Positions 44,486 through 54,014 of a DNA stretch of 56,180 nt are shown here, piece by piece. The notes below the pieces were generated by a model that was not told the DNA's origin, searched no databases, and worked only from the letters and a program-made list of their open reading frames with translations. The stretch's first letter is position 1. Every line of letters starts with the position of its first letter. Made by a program: the position numbers and the translations under genes. The DNA is from Opitutaceae bacterium (lineage in GTDB: Bacteria; Verrucomicrobiota; Verrucomicrobiia; Opitutales; Opitutaceae), in NCBI GenBank assembly GCA_017988885.1, contig JAGNQV010000001.1:1-56180 (forward strand), in the 5' to 3' direction.

Positions 44486-47401
44486 ATGAACGAACTGCGC
44501 TTCACCGACACCAACGCGGCCGATGACTCATCCGGCCGGGTTTTTGGCCTCGACGGTAATCTCTATCTGCCGCTGGTGATCGGGGCCGTGACGGCGATCG
44601 GGCTGTTTGCCGGTCTGGCGTTTCTCGGCGCAGGATATGGGACCGCAGCCTGGGGCGGAATTGCTCCCTTGGCCGGACTTTCCGTATGGGTTTTGGGATT
44701 CAGGCACGGCAAGCCACGCGGGTATGACCGCGACCGCTTAGATATGCTCATGGGCGGGAGTAACGGGTCGCCCGCTTCCGTTTCCGAGACGCACGGCAAG
44801 ACCCATGACGGACCACCCGATGGCCGATTCGTCCATGGCTTCATTCTTTTCGGGTCGCCCGAACGAGGCGGAGTCGCGGCCAAGGGCTTCAGGTTGGAAC
44901 CGCCGGACCTGCGTGGCGCGAGCATCACCCGGCTAAACGCCTTTCAGGATCAGGTGCGCGCACTGCTCGCCTTGGTCGGGCCGGGGCGGCGGGTGCAGTT
45001 CCAATGGTCTTGTGATTCGGACTACCGGGATGAATTGCTCCGCTACCATGAGCACACCCAGACGGCGTCCAATCCTGAGGTCCGGCGGGTGCGGAACGAA
45101 CGGTTCACCCGCTACTGGCAGCGCATGGCGGCACGGCAGCTGCGGCGCGAACGACTGACCCTGTTTCTCTCCATCGAAATCACCACCTACGCCGGCAACC
45201 TCCGCCTCCGCGACGGGCTCGAAGGCCACTACGAAATCCTGTTCCGCGAACTGGCGGCCCAATTCGAGGAATTCGCGACCACGCTGCGGAGCGTGTTCGG
45301 GTCCGAGACGGCCGTCACCCCGCTCGACGCGGCCGGGCATTGTGCCTGTCTGAGGCGATTCCTCAATCCGGGGCTCGCGGCGCAGACTCAGCATGATCGC
45401 GCTGACCAGTTCGACCCGAGCATGAGTGTGCAGGAGAACTGCTGGCACAGCGAAAGCCTCGGCCAAGCTGACGGTGGGTTTCATCTGGACGGCCACTATC
45501 ACGCGGTCCTCGCGCTGTCCCGCTGGCCGCAGCGGACTCGGCCCGGAATCGTCACGCATCTGACCGGCCTTCCGTTCTTGGACTACAGCCTCTCAGTCAA
45601 CGTCACCCCCGTCGCCACGCGGACCGAAATCGGCCGCGAGGAACGCGCGGCCGAACGCCTGCGCGGTGAATACTCCGAAAAGCCCCGCGCTTCCCTGCTC
45701 GTGGCACTCAGAAAAAAGGAGCGCAAAGTTGAGCAGTTGTCCGGCGGGTTCGCCCGGCCGTTTCATGTCACGTATCTGCTGCGGATGTGGGCGCCAACCA
45801 AGGAAGCGTTGCGCGAAAAAGTCGCAGCCGTGCAGGCCGCAATTCATGCGATGGACGGAGCGCAATACCTCGAATGTTCGTTGCCGACGACGGCACAGAA
45901 GTTGTTCTTCGCCTCATGGCCGGGCTGGACGCATTCCTCCTACCGGCACCGCGAGCTTTACGCCGAGGATGCGTATCTGGCGGACATGCTCCCGTTCTCG
46001 GCGACCTTCACCGGGGCGCTGACCGAGGCCGAGGCGCTTTACGATGGCAGCCACGGCAACCTGGTCGGCGTTTCAACGCAGGCCGGCGGTTCGCCGCAAC
46101 ATGCGGTGCTCTTTGGCATGACCGGCGCCGGCAAGTCCGCCTTCGTCGAGGATCTGCTTTGGCAGACTGCGGCGGACTTCGACTACACGTTGATTGCGGA
46201 GGAGGGATTTTCTTACAAACGGTTCACGGAGAGCATGGGTGAAACTCCGATCATCGTTCATCCCGATGCGGCCCTCACCCTTAACTATCTCGATACCCAG
46301 CGGCTGCCACTTTCGCAGCTCCATCTAGCAACGGCGGTCGCGTTGCTCGCCCGGATGGCGGGGCAACCGGATCGAGCCGAACAACTGGCCCTGCGACAGG
46401 CCCAGCTCACCCAATATCTCCACCAACTCTACCGTGATACCTATGTGGATTGGTCGCGGCGTCGGCCCGAAGCGGCCGAGCAGGCCCGGCGGCTCGCGTG
46501 TGCCACACACCAGTGGCGGAGCAAACTTCCGGCGGGAGCCACGCCGCTGGATATATATTGCGACCTGCGCGACCGGTTGGCTCGCAACGAGGATGAAGCA
46601 TCCGGTTTTGTCGCCGGATTATCCGAGGAAACCATCACGCGGTTCGCCCAGGCACCGGAGACGGAACGGCTCGTGGCCCATACCGCATGCGCCTTTTTCG
46701 CCCCGGAGGATTATCCGACGCACAGTGCATTGGTCGAACTGCTGGCCTACGGCCGGTTTCCAGAGCACAGCAAGGACGAGATCGACCGGCTCGCAACCTT
46801 GCTCCGCGCCTGGAGCGTCGAGGGCCAATACGGTCGGCTGTTCGACGGCGTGACCAACATTGCCCTGAACCGGCGGATTGCTCACTTCGAGTTGGGCTCA
46901 ATTCCCGAGCAGGCCGTCGAACTCAAGGCCGCCGTCGGGCTCCTCATCAGCGGGCTGGGCCGGCAGCACATCCTCGCCCTCCCCCGTGCTAGCAGAAAAC
47001 GCATCCTCTTCGAAGAACTGTCACGCTTCCTCGATACCCCGGGCGGCGAACAGATCGTGGCGGAAGGTTACGCCCAGTTGCGGAAACACAACTGCTGGTG
47101 CGCCTCGATCATCCAGCAGTATTCACGGTTCAAGACCTCGCGTATCCGCAGTGCGGTGATCGGCAACGCGAAGCAGTTCTTCTTCATGCGGCAGGCCGAC
47201 CGGGCTGATCTGGCCGACCTCGCCACGGATCTGCCGCTGCCAGAAACCGCGCTCGATGCCATCCAGCGGTATCCGTTGCCCGAGCAATTGCCCGACAATG
47301 GCCGGTATTCCTCGCTTTGTTATTTTGCGCCTACGACGCAACCGCCGCAATGCGGCACGATTCGCCACATCCAGCAAAAAAAGGAACGCCATGCGGCCTA
47401 G
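44486..47401 (+). CDS. virB4: VirB3-VirB4 (TrbD-TrbE) fusion, conjugal transfer ATPase
   Basis: GAGGA 5 nt before ATG 44486. N-terminal ~90 aa with two TM helices (VirB3-like). Walker A LFGMTGAGKS and Walker-B-like RILFEELSRFLD. About 970 aa. Confidence 0.8.
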   Translation: MNELRFTDTNAADDSSGRVFGLDGNLYLPLVIGAVTAIGLFAGLAFLGAGYGTAAWGGIAPLAGLSVWVLGFRHGKPRGYDRDRLDMLMGGSNGSPASVSETHGKTHDGPPDGRFVHGFILFGSPERGGVAAKGFRLEPPDLRGASITRLNAFQDQVRALLALVGPGRRVQFQWSCDSDYRDELLRYHEHTQTASNPEVRRVRNERFTRYWQRMAARQLRRERLTLFLSIEITTYAGNLRLRDGLEGHYEILFRELAAQFEEFATTLRSVFGSETAVTPLDAAGHCACLRRFLNPGLAAQTQHDRADQFDPSMSVQENCWHSESLGQADGGFHLDGHYHAVLALSRWPQRTRPGIVTHLTGLPFLDYSLSVNVTPVATRTEIGREERAAERLRGEYSEKPRASLLVALRKKERKVEQLSGGFARPFHVTYLLRMWAPTKEALREKVAAVQAAIHAMDGAQYLECSLPTTAQKLFFASWPGWTHSSYRHRELYAEDAYLADMLPFSATFTGALTEAEALYDGSHGNLVGVSTQAGGSPQHAVLFGMTGAGKSAFVEDLLWQTAADFDYTLIAEEGFSYKRFTESMGETPIIVHPDAALTLNYLDTQRLPLSQLHLATAVALLARMAGQPDRAEQLALRQAQLTQYLHQLYRDTYVDWSRRRPEAAEQARRLACATHQWRSKLPAGATPLDIYCDLRDRLARNEDEASGFVAGLSEETITRFAQAPETERLVAHTACAFFAPEDYPTHSALVELLAYGRFPEHSKDEIDRLATLLRAWSVEGQYGRLFDGVTNIALNRRIAHFELGSIPEQAVELKAAVGLLISGLGRQHILALPRASRKRILFEELSRFLDTPGGEQIVAEGYAQLRKHNCWCASIIQQYSRFKTSRIRSAVIGNAKQFFFMRQADRADLADLATDLPLPETALDAIQRYPLPEQLPDNGRYSSLCYFAPTTQPPQCGTIRHIQQKKERHAA

Positions 47402-47576
47402 CCTCCTCTTTTGCGCGCTGTTTTTGCTGGCCGGCTGTGCATCGCAAAAACGCGAACCGGATGCCGAGGCCCGCGCCTACGAGCGCGGCTACCGGCAGGC
47501 CCTGAAGGAGCAATACTGGATCATCCAAAACCAGCAGCGGACCGCCACGGCCGCGCCCAACCCGAAAACCCCATGA
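47391..47576 (+). CDS. small lipoprotein (VirB7-like candidate)
   Basis: MRPSLLFCALFLLAGC lipobox, 61 aa. Overlaps the VirB4 end. ATGA overlap with the next gene. Confidence 0.55.
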   Translation: MRPSLLFCALFLLAGCASQKREPDAEARAYERGYRQALKEQYWIIQNQQRTATAAPNPKTP

Positions 47577-48382
47577 AACACTTTATCCTATTTCTCCTGC
47601 TGTCCGTCCCGTTGTGCGCTCAACTCATCGTCAGCGATCCCATCAACACCGCGGTCAACTCCGCCGTGCAAGCCGGTCAGGCCGCCAACCACCTTGAAGT
47701 TCTCCGGCAGTGGTCCGCGCAGCTTGAAAACTTACACCGGCAGCTTCGTCAACTTGAGGAGCAGCTGGCCGTGCAGCGGCGCATCCGGGATGTCATTGGC
47801 GATCCCCAATCCGCCGGTGCGCAAATCCTGCTCCACGATTTGGGCATGGACAATCTCGCCCGCACGTATGGCGAGACGCTCCAATCCGCCCGCCAGTTGG
47901 CCAGCGCCATCGAGTCGCTCCGACGCACTTCCGATGGAATCTACCGGGAAATCGACGACCGCACCGTGCTGGGCCGCGAGTTCGCGCGCAATGAACCTCT
48001 CTACCGGCGTTATGCCGTGGTGGAACGACAGGCAGACAATCTGGCCGACGTGCACGCCGCGACCGCAACGCGCACCCAAGCCTTGCAGGCCGACCTTGCG
48101 CGCACGCTCGAACGGCTGCGGGCTGCAACCACCCAAGCCGAGACCGACAAATTGAATGCGACCATCGCCGCCCTCAACGGCCAGCTGGCCCACCTGGATG
48201 CGCAGCGGCGTAGCGAAACCGATAAACTCTGGGCCGCACATATCCTCAATGAAAACCAGGCTGCCAAGGAGCAGCAGGATTTGCTGGAGAAACAACAGGC
48301 CGAGGAGCGCGACTCCCTGGGCGCGTTCAATGCGTGGCAGCGTTCACTCGCCCTCACGCCCACCGACTACACCCGGCCATGA
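47573..48382 (+). CDS. TrbJ/VirB5-like protein
   Basis: Signal peptide MKHFILFLLLSVPLCAQ, then IVSDPINTAVNSAVQAGQAANHLEVLRQW..QLENL..QL.QLEEQL, the TrbJ/VirB5 N-terminal motif. Coiled-coil rich. Confidence 0.65.
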   Translation: MKHFILFLLLSVPLCAQLIVSDPINTAVNSAVQAGQAANHLEVLRQWSAQLENLHRQLRQLEEQLAVQRRIRDVIGDPQSAGAQILLHDLGMDNLARTYGETLQSARQLASAIESLRRTSDGIYREIDDRTVLGREFARNEPLYRRYAVVERQADNLADVHAATATRTQALQADLARTLERLRAATTQAETDKLNATIAALNGQLAHLDAQRRSETDKLWAAHILNENQAAKEQQDLLEKQQAEERDSLGAFNAWQRSLALTPTDYTRP

Positions 48383-48645
48383 GGCATCGGCGCATGTTTT
48401 CTCTTTTGCTCATCGCCGGGCTCGCCGTCTGCGGCTTGCTCGTTCGCCGCCACGTGGTGCGCCACGCTGTGCCCGCTCCACTGGAAGACACCGAAGCCCG
48501 CCAGTTACGGGCCATCAATGATTGGCAGCGCGGTCTTCGGCTCGATTCGCGCACCGACTATGGAAGGAAACCCGCCGATCTCGTCCCAATGGATAAACTG
48601 CAGAGGGAAGAACGCCGGCAGCGGCCGGAGGAGCAAAGAAACTGA
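48379..48645 (+). CDS. small membrane-anchored protein in the TrbK (entry-exclusion) position
   Basis: ATG 48379 with ATGA overlap. MFSLLLIAGLAVCGLLV hydrophobic N-terminus, 88 aa. Assignment is positional only. Confidence 0.4.
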   Translation: MRHRRMFSLLLIAGLAVCGLLVRRHVVRHAVPAPLEDTEARQLRAINDWQRGLRLDSRTDYGRKPADLVPMDKLQREERRQRPEEQRN

Positions 48646-49700
48646 TGGAAAACTTTGCCCCAGGTCTGCGCGAGGCCGTCCTCGGTCTCACCAACTCGCT
48701 CCGTGTGATCGTGTTTTTCGTCTGCGTGCTCGGCTTGATGCTGCACCTCCAGCAGGCGCGCGGTGACATCGAGAGCCTCACTCGGCCGCTGTTGCGCGCT
48801 ACCGTGATCGTAGCGTTGCTCGCCACCCTGCCGCATTGGTTCGGATTCACGGAACGAATCTTCCTGTCGATCGCCGATACGGTGCACGCGGGTTACACTC
48901 AGCATCCGATGGAGACCGCCGCAAAAATGCGGGCTGCGGTCGCCGACGGCGGGAGCGACTTCAGCCTGCGGCGGGTCGGGGAATCAGTCTATCAGGCGCT
49001 GTTGTGGGCAGCGGCCAAGCTCATCGTCCTGAACGCGAGCCTGCTGCAACTGCCGTTCCTGTTGCTCCAGTTCATCCTGAAACTGCTCTGCTACCTGTTC
49101 CTGCCCGTGGCGCTGGGTCTCTTCATGATTCCCGCACTGAGCCAATTAGCCACCCGCTACATCCAGCAGACGCTCGCCGTGCTGGCGTGGCCGGTCGGCT
49201 TCGCCGTGACCGAGTTGGTCGCCTATCACCTGCTCACCGCCTACCTGCAAAACCAAGCCGTCCTTTACGGGCTGCAACCGGGTGAAATCAACGCGGCCTC
49301 CTTTGCCAGCGTATTGGGCGCCTTGCTCGCCTCGCTGTGGCTTATCATCGGCACCATCGGAACACCGTTCCTCATGCAGGGATTGATCTGCTCGGGCGCA
49401 CCGATGTCGGGCGGCGGGCAGACGGCGATGCAGCAGCTCTACGCGGTTCAGCAAATCGCGTTCATGCTCAAATCCCTCAAGACCGCGGGGGCCGCTGCGC
49501 CGGTCATGGCCGCCCAAGCCACCTCGAAGGCGGGTGGTTCGATGCCACCACCCCCTCCACCTTCGCAGGCGTCTCCGCCGCCGCCGGGACCAGCCACTCC
49601 ACCTGCTGCACCAGCCGGCCACGCCGACCCAACCGGCGATCACACCGCCGCCGTCGCCATCTCCTCCTTCCAACTGCCCGTCGCCCAAAGGGGCATTTGA
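48645..49700 (+). CDS. TrbL/VirB6-like polytopic membrane protein with a proline-rich tail
   Basis: 5-6 TM helices, position after the TrbJ/K-like genes, C-terminal MPPPPPPSQASPPPPGPATPPAAPAG. Confidence 0.65.
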   Translation: MENFAPGLREAVLGLTNSLRVIVFFVCVLGLMLHLQQARGDIESLTRPLLRATVIVALLATLPHWFGFTERIFLSIADTVHAGYTQHPMETAAKMRAAVADGGSDFSLRRVGESVYQALLWAAAKLIVLNASLLQLPFLLLQFILKLLCYLFLPVALGLFMIPALSQLATRYIQQTLAVLAWPVGFAVTELVAYHLLTAYLQNQAVLYGLQPGEINAASFASVLGALLASLWLIIGTIGTPFLMQGLICSGAPMSGGGQTAMQQLYAVQQIAFMLKSLKTAGAAAPVMAAQATSKAGGSMPPPPPPSQASPPPPGPATPPAAPAGHADPTGDHTAAVAISSFQLPVAQRGI

Positions 49701-49711
49701 TCAGCCCAGCT

Positions 49712-50368
49712 ATGACGACTCTCCGTGAATCCTCCGTGCCGCATGCACGGCCAACACCAAGCCAGCGCGCGCGCCGGGCCTGGCACCCATTCGAATTCTT
49801 TGCCGACCACGCCTTGGCCGCGCGGTTGTGGTGTCTCGTTGCAGTGGTCGCCGTTGGGTTCTGCGCCGTGCAGCCCTTCCTCATCATCCGGGCCTACCGG
49901 ACGAAGGAACGGGTGGTCATTCTCGACGCGGCCGGAACGTTCCATGTCAGCCCACTCCTCGGTTTCGAGGAAGCGGCCAAACTGCACGAGCAACACGCCC
50001 TCCTCGCGTGTCTCGCGCTCTTCCAGCGCAATCCGGCAGGTTTCGATTTTCCCGAACTGCTCGACAAACTCTTTCTGCCGGAGGCGGCGCGCCAGGCTCG
50101 CGCCGGGGCCGCCACTGAGGCGGAGGAGTTCTCGGCCAAGGCGCTCCACCAGAAACCCGAAATCCTGAAACTGACCGTCTTGGAAACCCGCGAGCAGCTC
50201 GTGCTCGTGCAGGCCGAGGGTCAGCTGATCCGCACCGGGATCGTCAACGGGCAGACTTTTACCGAGGCCCCCGCCTTCACCGCGCGACTCACGTTCGCGC
50301 GCAACCCCAACCTGGCCGGCAGCGGCCGTTTTCCTCTCGCCGTATGGACCTACGAATTATCGCAATGA
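49712..50368 (+). CDS. TrbF/VirB8-like bitopic protein
   Basis: ATG 49712 in the frame of track ORF 49337..50368. One TM (LWCLVAVVAVGFCAVQPFLII) followed by a ~150-aa periplasmic domain. Synteny between the B6-like and B9-like genes. Confidence 0.55.
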   Translation: MTTLRESSVPHARPTPSQRARRAWHPFEFFADHALAARLWCLVAVVAVGFCAVQPFLIIRAYRTKERVVILDAAGTFHVSPLLGFEEAAKLHEQHALLACLALFQRNPAGFDFPELLDKLFLPEAARQARAGAATEAEEFSAKALHQKPEILKLTVLETREQLVLVQAEGQLIRTGIVNGQTFTEAPAFTARLTFARNPNLAGSGRFPLAVWTYELSQ

Positions 50369-51153
50369 TCATGCTGCAGGCGTTGCTGATCGCTGGGGTC
50401 GATGCCTCGCAGATCCGGGCCTATCCGCTCGACGATCGCAGCGTTTACACCATCCGGCTCGGCAAGGATGAGCCGACCACCTGTGTTTTTCCGGCCGCAA
50501 TCAAGGCGATGGTCGGCGCCAATGTTTCAACCAAGGCGGACGATGCCCCGGGCATCCTGTTGTCCCACGAACCGGGCACGGAATATTTTTCGTTACGGGC
50601 GCTCAAGGCGGACGCCACCGGAGCATTGAATGTGGTGCACCGGGGCCGGGTCTACGCCCTCGTGTTTATCACGGGCGACAATCCCGACCAGGCCGTCATA
50701 TTCCTGAACGAGCCGCTGGTCGGAGCCACCCGCGAACTGCCGGCCGCTGACACCTTGCGCGCCCTGCTGGAACGGGCGAAGCAACTGGACCGGTTGCAAA
50801 ATCAGTATCCCGGCATGGCCTCGAAGATTGATCGGGCGCAGCCCGGCACGGTCACTTACTACCGCGCCTTCACCGCCACGGTTGAGGACGTTGTGAGATT
50901 CGATGCCGAGGACGTGCTCGTGCTCCGCGTGCGGTTGGCAAACACGCTCGATGTGCCGGTGCCTTACGATCCGCAGGCGCTGGCCGTGCGCGTCGGCCAC
51001 GACGTTTACACCGCCGCGCTGACCGAAGCCTCGGGCTCAATTCCGCCGCAGTCGGCGACCCAGCTCTATCTGGTCATCGCGGGAATCCCCGGACGCGGAC
51101 GCGCCAACCTCTCCGTGCGTGAAATTTTTAACGTCATCGTGCCGCACCCATGA
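50344..51153 (+). CDS. TrbG/VirB9-like protein
   Basis: Signal peptide, then VYTIRLGKDEPTTCVFPAAIKAM...YFSLRALKADATGALNVV..GRVYALVF pattern of the VirB9/CagX N-domain. An alternative ATG at 50365 forms an ATGA overlap. Confidence 0.6.
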   Translation: MDLRIIAMIMLQALLIAGVDASQIRAYPLDDRSVYTIRLGKDEPTTCVFPAAIKAMVGANVSTKADDAPGILLSHEPGTEYFSLRALKADATGALNVVHRGRVYALVFITGDNPDQAVIFLNEPLVGATRELPAADTLRALLERAKQLDRLQNQYPGMASKIDRAQPGTVTYYRAFTATVEDVVRFDAEDVLVLRVRLANTLDVPVPYDPQALAVRVGHDVYTAALTEASGSIPPQSATQLYLVIAGIPGRGRANLSVREIFNVIVPHP

Positions 51154-52142
51154 CTTTCAACCGCGATTTTTTCACATCCCACACCGGACAGGTCGTGCTC
51201 GTGGCCGCCGTGCTGCTGCTCGGGATTCTCGCCGTGCGCTGGCAGAATGAAAAACGCACCCCTGTCCCGCTGCCGGCAGCGAAATCAGCGCCTTCGGTCG
51301 CCTTGCCCAAGACCCTCACGCGCGAGATAACGCGTTACAAGACCCCACCGCCAGTCCCGGCAAAAGCAGCCGCGCACGGAGTCACGTCCAGCCCACCGGC
51401 GGTCGCGACCATTCCTGCCACGCAAGCGCTGCCGCTGGCACTCTTAACCGCTGGCGCAGAGTCTTCGCCCGTGGCACCTCGCCCGCCGGTCGCACCCTTC
51501 GGTCGCTTGATCCCCTGCGAAACCGTGATCGCCTTGGAATCGAACCGACTGGAAACACCCGTCATCGGCCTAGTGACCCAAGATGTCTGGCATGATGGCC
51601 GCCTCATCATCCCGGCGGGAGCGGAAGTTCACGCCCGGGCCGCGCTCGACCGCACCCGGGAAAGGCTCGCCGTGCAGGGTCCGTGGAAAATTGTGTGGCG
51701 AACACCCGATGCCGATAATGGCGCGGAGCTTTCCGTCGATGGACTCGCCCTCGACCGTGACTATGCGGCTGACACGGGCACCTGGGGACCGAACGACGGT
51801 TCGGCCGGGTTGCGTGGGCAGATCGTCAAGGCGGACGACGACCGCGAATTAAAACTCTTGGCCGCCACGTTTCTCGGCTCGGCCACAGCCGCTTTGCAAG
51901 ACACCCGCCTGACGACCGGCCTTTTGGGCGAAGCCTCTCTGCCGACCGCCAGCGCCCGCAACGCGGCGCTCTCCGGCACGAGTGCCGTGCTGCGCGAGTA
52001 TGCCCAAGCCATGCGCGACTCAATTGCCCGTGACGGATTCTTCCTCCGCGTGCCCGCCGGCAAACCTTTTTACCTCTACGTGACGCAAACCCTCGATCTA
52101 GCCCAAGCCAGCCGGCCCGGCACCGCATCCTCCCGCCTATGA
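51150..52142 (+). CDS. virB10: TrbI/VirB10-like protein
   Basis: N-terminal TM, Pro-rich linker, and C-terminal block LIPCETVIALESNRLETPVIGLVTQDVW.DGRLIIPAGAEVHA...GLRGQI, typical of VirB10. ATGA overlaps on both sides. Confidence 0.7.
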   Translation: MTFNRDFFTSHTGQVVLVAAVLLLGILAVRWQNEKRTPVPLPAAKSAPSVALPKTLTREITRYKTPPPVPAKAAAHGVTSSPPAVATIPATQALPLALLTAGAESSPVAPRPPVAPFGRLIPCETVIALESNRLETPVIGLVTQDVWHDGRLIIPAGAEVHARAALDRTRERLAVQGPWKIVWRTPDADNGAELSVDGLALDRDYAADTGTWGPNDGSAGLRGQIVKADDDRELKLLAATFLGSATAALQDTRLTTGLLGEASLPTASARNAALSGTSAVLREYAQAMRDSIARDGFFLRVPAGKPFYLYVTQTLDLAQASRPGTASSRL

Positions 52143-52807
52143 AATTACTGCTCCCAGTTTTTATACTCGTGCTGTGCGGCTGTCGCACCGCCGCTCCGGT
52201 TGCACCGCTGCCGGTGCCGGCTTCGGTCAAGGCGATTCAACCACAACCGGTTCCGCCAAGCGTCCCTGCCGTGCCCACGCCGGTGACATCTACCTCACCC
52301 GACCCAAAGAGCCGCCAGCAGGCTCAGTTGATCGAGGCACTCATCAACCAAAACGATGCGCTCACCGCCCGACTGACTGCCTTGCGCGCAGCTCCCGCAA
52401 CAGCACCCGTCGCATCAGAAACGACGTCCGTCAAAATTCCGCCGTCGCCAGTAGTTCTCTTGACGGCCCCGGCCTTCACTGACGCCACGATCACACCCAA
52501 CGCGGACGGCGTGATCGATCTTGTCGCCGTGAAACAGGCCGGCGCGGTCGACGAGCCGGTGAATCCTTTCGCTGTGCGTGCAACCCACAGCGAAAGCGCC
52601 CGGGAGGTGTCGCTCGTGGTTGGCGGCATCATCATGGGCGCCGCTCCCTGCGCGATGGTGAACGAGCGACTCGTGCAAGTTGGCGACCCCATCGAACGCT
52701 TCGTCGTCGAGCAAATCGACGTGAGCGCCGTGATCGTCCGGTTCGGCGTGCACCGTCTCCGGCTGCCGGTCTCCACCGTGCCCACGCGGGTAAAACTGCT
52801 CCTCTGA
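52139..52807 (+). CDS. lipoprotein with a proline-rich linker and a GspB/PilP/GspC-HR-like C-terminal domain
   Basis: Lipobox LVLCGC. C-terminus NPF...SLVVGGIIMGAAPCAMVNERLVQVGDPIERFVVEQIDVSAVIVRFGVHRLRL matches the l.G.i....A.iN...v..GD.i.gf.V..I....V pattern of T2SS/T4P inner-membrane accessory proteins. Confidence 0.45.
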   Translation: MKLLLPVFILVLCGCRTAAPVAPLPVPASVKAIQPQPVPPSVPAVPTPVTSTSPDPKSRQQAQLIEALINQNDALTARLTALRAAPATAPVASETTSVKIPPSPVVLLTAPAFTDATITPNADGVIDLVAVKQAGAVDEPVNPFAVRATHSESAREVSLVVGGIIMGAAPCAMVNERLVQVGDPIERFVVEQIDVSAVIVRFGVHRLRLPVSTVPTRVKLLL

Positions 52808-52808
52808 C

Positions 52809-54011
52809 ATGCCTGAATTCGCCATCACGATTATTGACGGAGCAGGCCAGCGCCGTGCCCTGCGCGAATCCGCCGCGGACGAACCGGCCGTGCGGGCGCG
52901 GCTGCGGGCGCAGGGCTTTTGGCCAGTCAACGTCCAGCCCGCCCGGTCCAGTTCCAAGCTGTCACGCTTGAAAATTCCGATGCCGGAATTCCTGGCGTTC
53001 CTCCACCAATTGGAACTGCAACTGCGGGCGGGAGTGACGGCGGATGCCGCCATAGCGCAGCTCGCCGAGGACGTTCCGACCGGACCCATGCGCACGATGC
53101 TCGGGAAAATCCATGAAGACATCGCGCAAGGAATTCCCATCCATGCCGCTTGCCGGTTCTTCTCCCGCCAATTCCCACCGCACCTGGCGGCGGTGATCGC
53201 GGCCGGCGAAGCATCAGCCCGGTTACCCGAATCGCTAAAGGCCCTGGCGGCAAACCTGTCGAGTGCTGCCGAACTGAAGCGCACGGCGCGACGGGCCCTC
53301 ATTTATCCAGGCATCGTGCTCATCGCCACCACTGGACTCATCATCTTCCTGCTTGGCGGAGTCGTCCCACAATTTGCGGCCATCTTCGAGTCGCTGCACC
53401 TGCCGCTGCCCGGTCTTACCCTAGCTCTCATTCACGCCAGCGAAGCCGTGCGCGCCGGCTGGCCTGTCATGTTGGCCGGGATCTTCGCCGCTGGCATCGG
53501 GCTCTGGGTTGCAGCGCACACGCCGCGCCTCCGCTACTTTCGCGATGCGGCCCTCCTGCGGGTGCCCGTGATCGGTGAAACCATCCGGTGCATTGCGACC
53601 GCGCGTTTTGCCGCCCACTGCCGGCTCTTGCACGAAGCCGGCATCCCGATGCTGGAAGCACTTGAGACCGGCGCGGAATTGTCGAACCACGCCGTGCTTG
53701 CCCGGCAGTTGCTCGCCGCCCGTGAAGGAGTCGCCGCCGGCAAACCGCTCTACGCCGCGCTGCCGCACGGTCATGCCTTTCCGGGTTTCATCGTGCCCGC
53801 GCTTAAGGCCGGCGAGACCACCGGACAACTCGGCGCCGCCCTCCATCACATCGAGGACTATGCAGGCGAACGCGCCCGGGAACGGCTGGCCACCGCCCTG
53901 GCCCTGCTGGAGCCACTGCTCCTCGCCACCCTGACCGCAATTGTAGGCGGCATCGCCCTCTCCTTCTTCCTGCCGATTTTTTCGCTCCTCGGCGGCGCCA
54001 ACCACCACTGA
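52809..54011 (+). CDS. gspF: type II secretion / type IV pilus platform protein (GspF/PilC family, two T2SSF domains)
   Basis: N-terminal F.I...D..G......A.......L...G domain. The two T2SSF repeats end in AAGEASARLPESL and KAGETTGQLGAAL. C-terminal LLEPLLLATLTAIVGGIALSFFLPIFSL. Confidence 0.8.
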   Translation: MPEFAITIIDGAGQRRALRESAADEPAVRARLRAQGFWPVNVQPARSSSKLSRLKIPMPEFLAFLHQLELQLRAGVTADAAIAQLAEDVPTGPMRTMLGKIHEDIAQGIPIHAACRFFSRQFPPHLAAVIAAGEASARLPESLKALAANLSSAAELKRTARRALIYPGIVLIATTGLIIFLLGGVVPQFAAIFESLHLPLPGLTLALIHASEAVRAGWPVMLAGIFAAGIGLWVAAHTPRLRYFRDAALLRVPVIGETIRCIATARFAAHCRLLHEAGIPMLEALETGAELSNHAVLARQLLAAREGVAAGKPLYAALPHGHAFPGFIVPALKAGETTGQLGAALHHIEDYAGERARERLATALALLEPLLLATLTAIVGGIALSFFLPIFSLLGGANHH

Positions 54012-54014
54012 GCC

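Noticed and set aside
49337-49711. N-terminal 125 codons of track ORF 49337..50368
   Set aside because: This part overlaps the VirB6-like gene and is Arg/His/Pro-rich. The VirB8-like protein more plausibly starts at ATG 49712, just after the VirB6-like stop at 49700.
52415-53302. 295-aa - strand ORF antisense to the lipoprotein and GspF-like genes
   Set aside because: It is an antisense shadow ORF in GC-rich DNA with Arg/Ala/Ser-rich translation. The + strand frames carry clear lipobox and T2SSF motifs.
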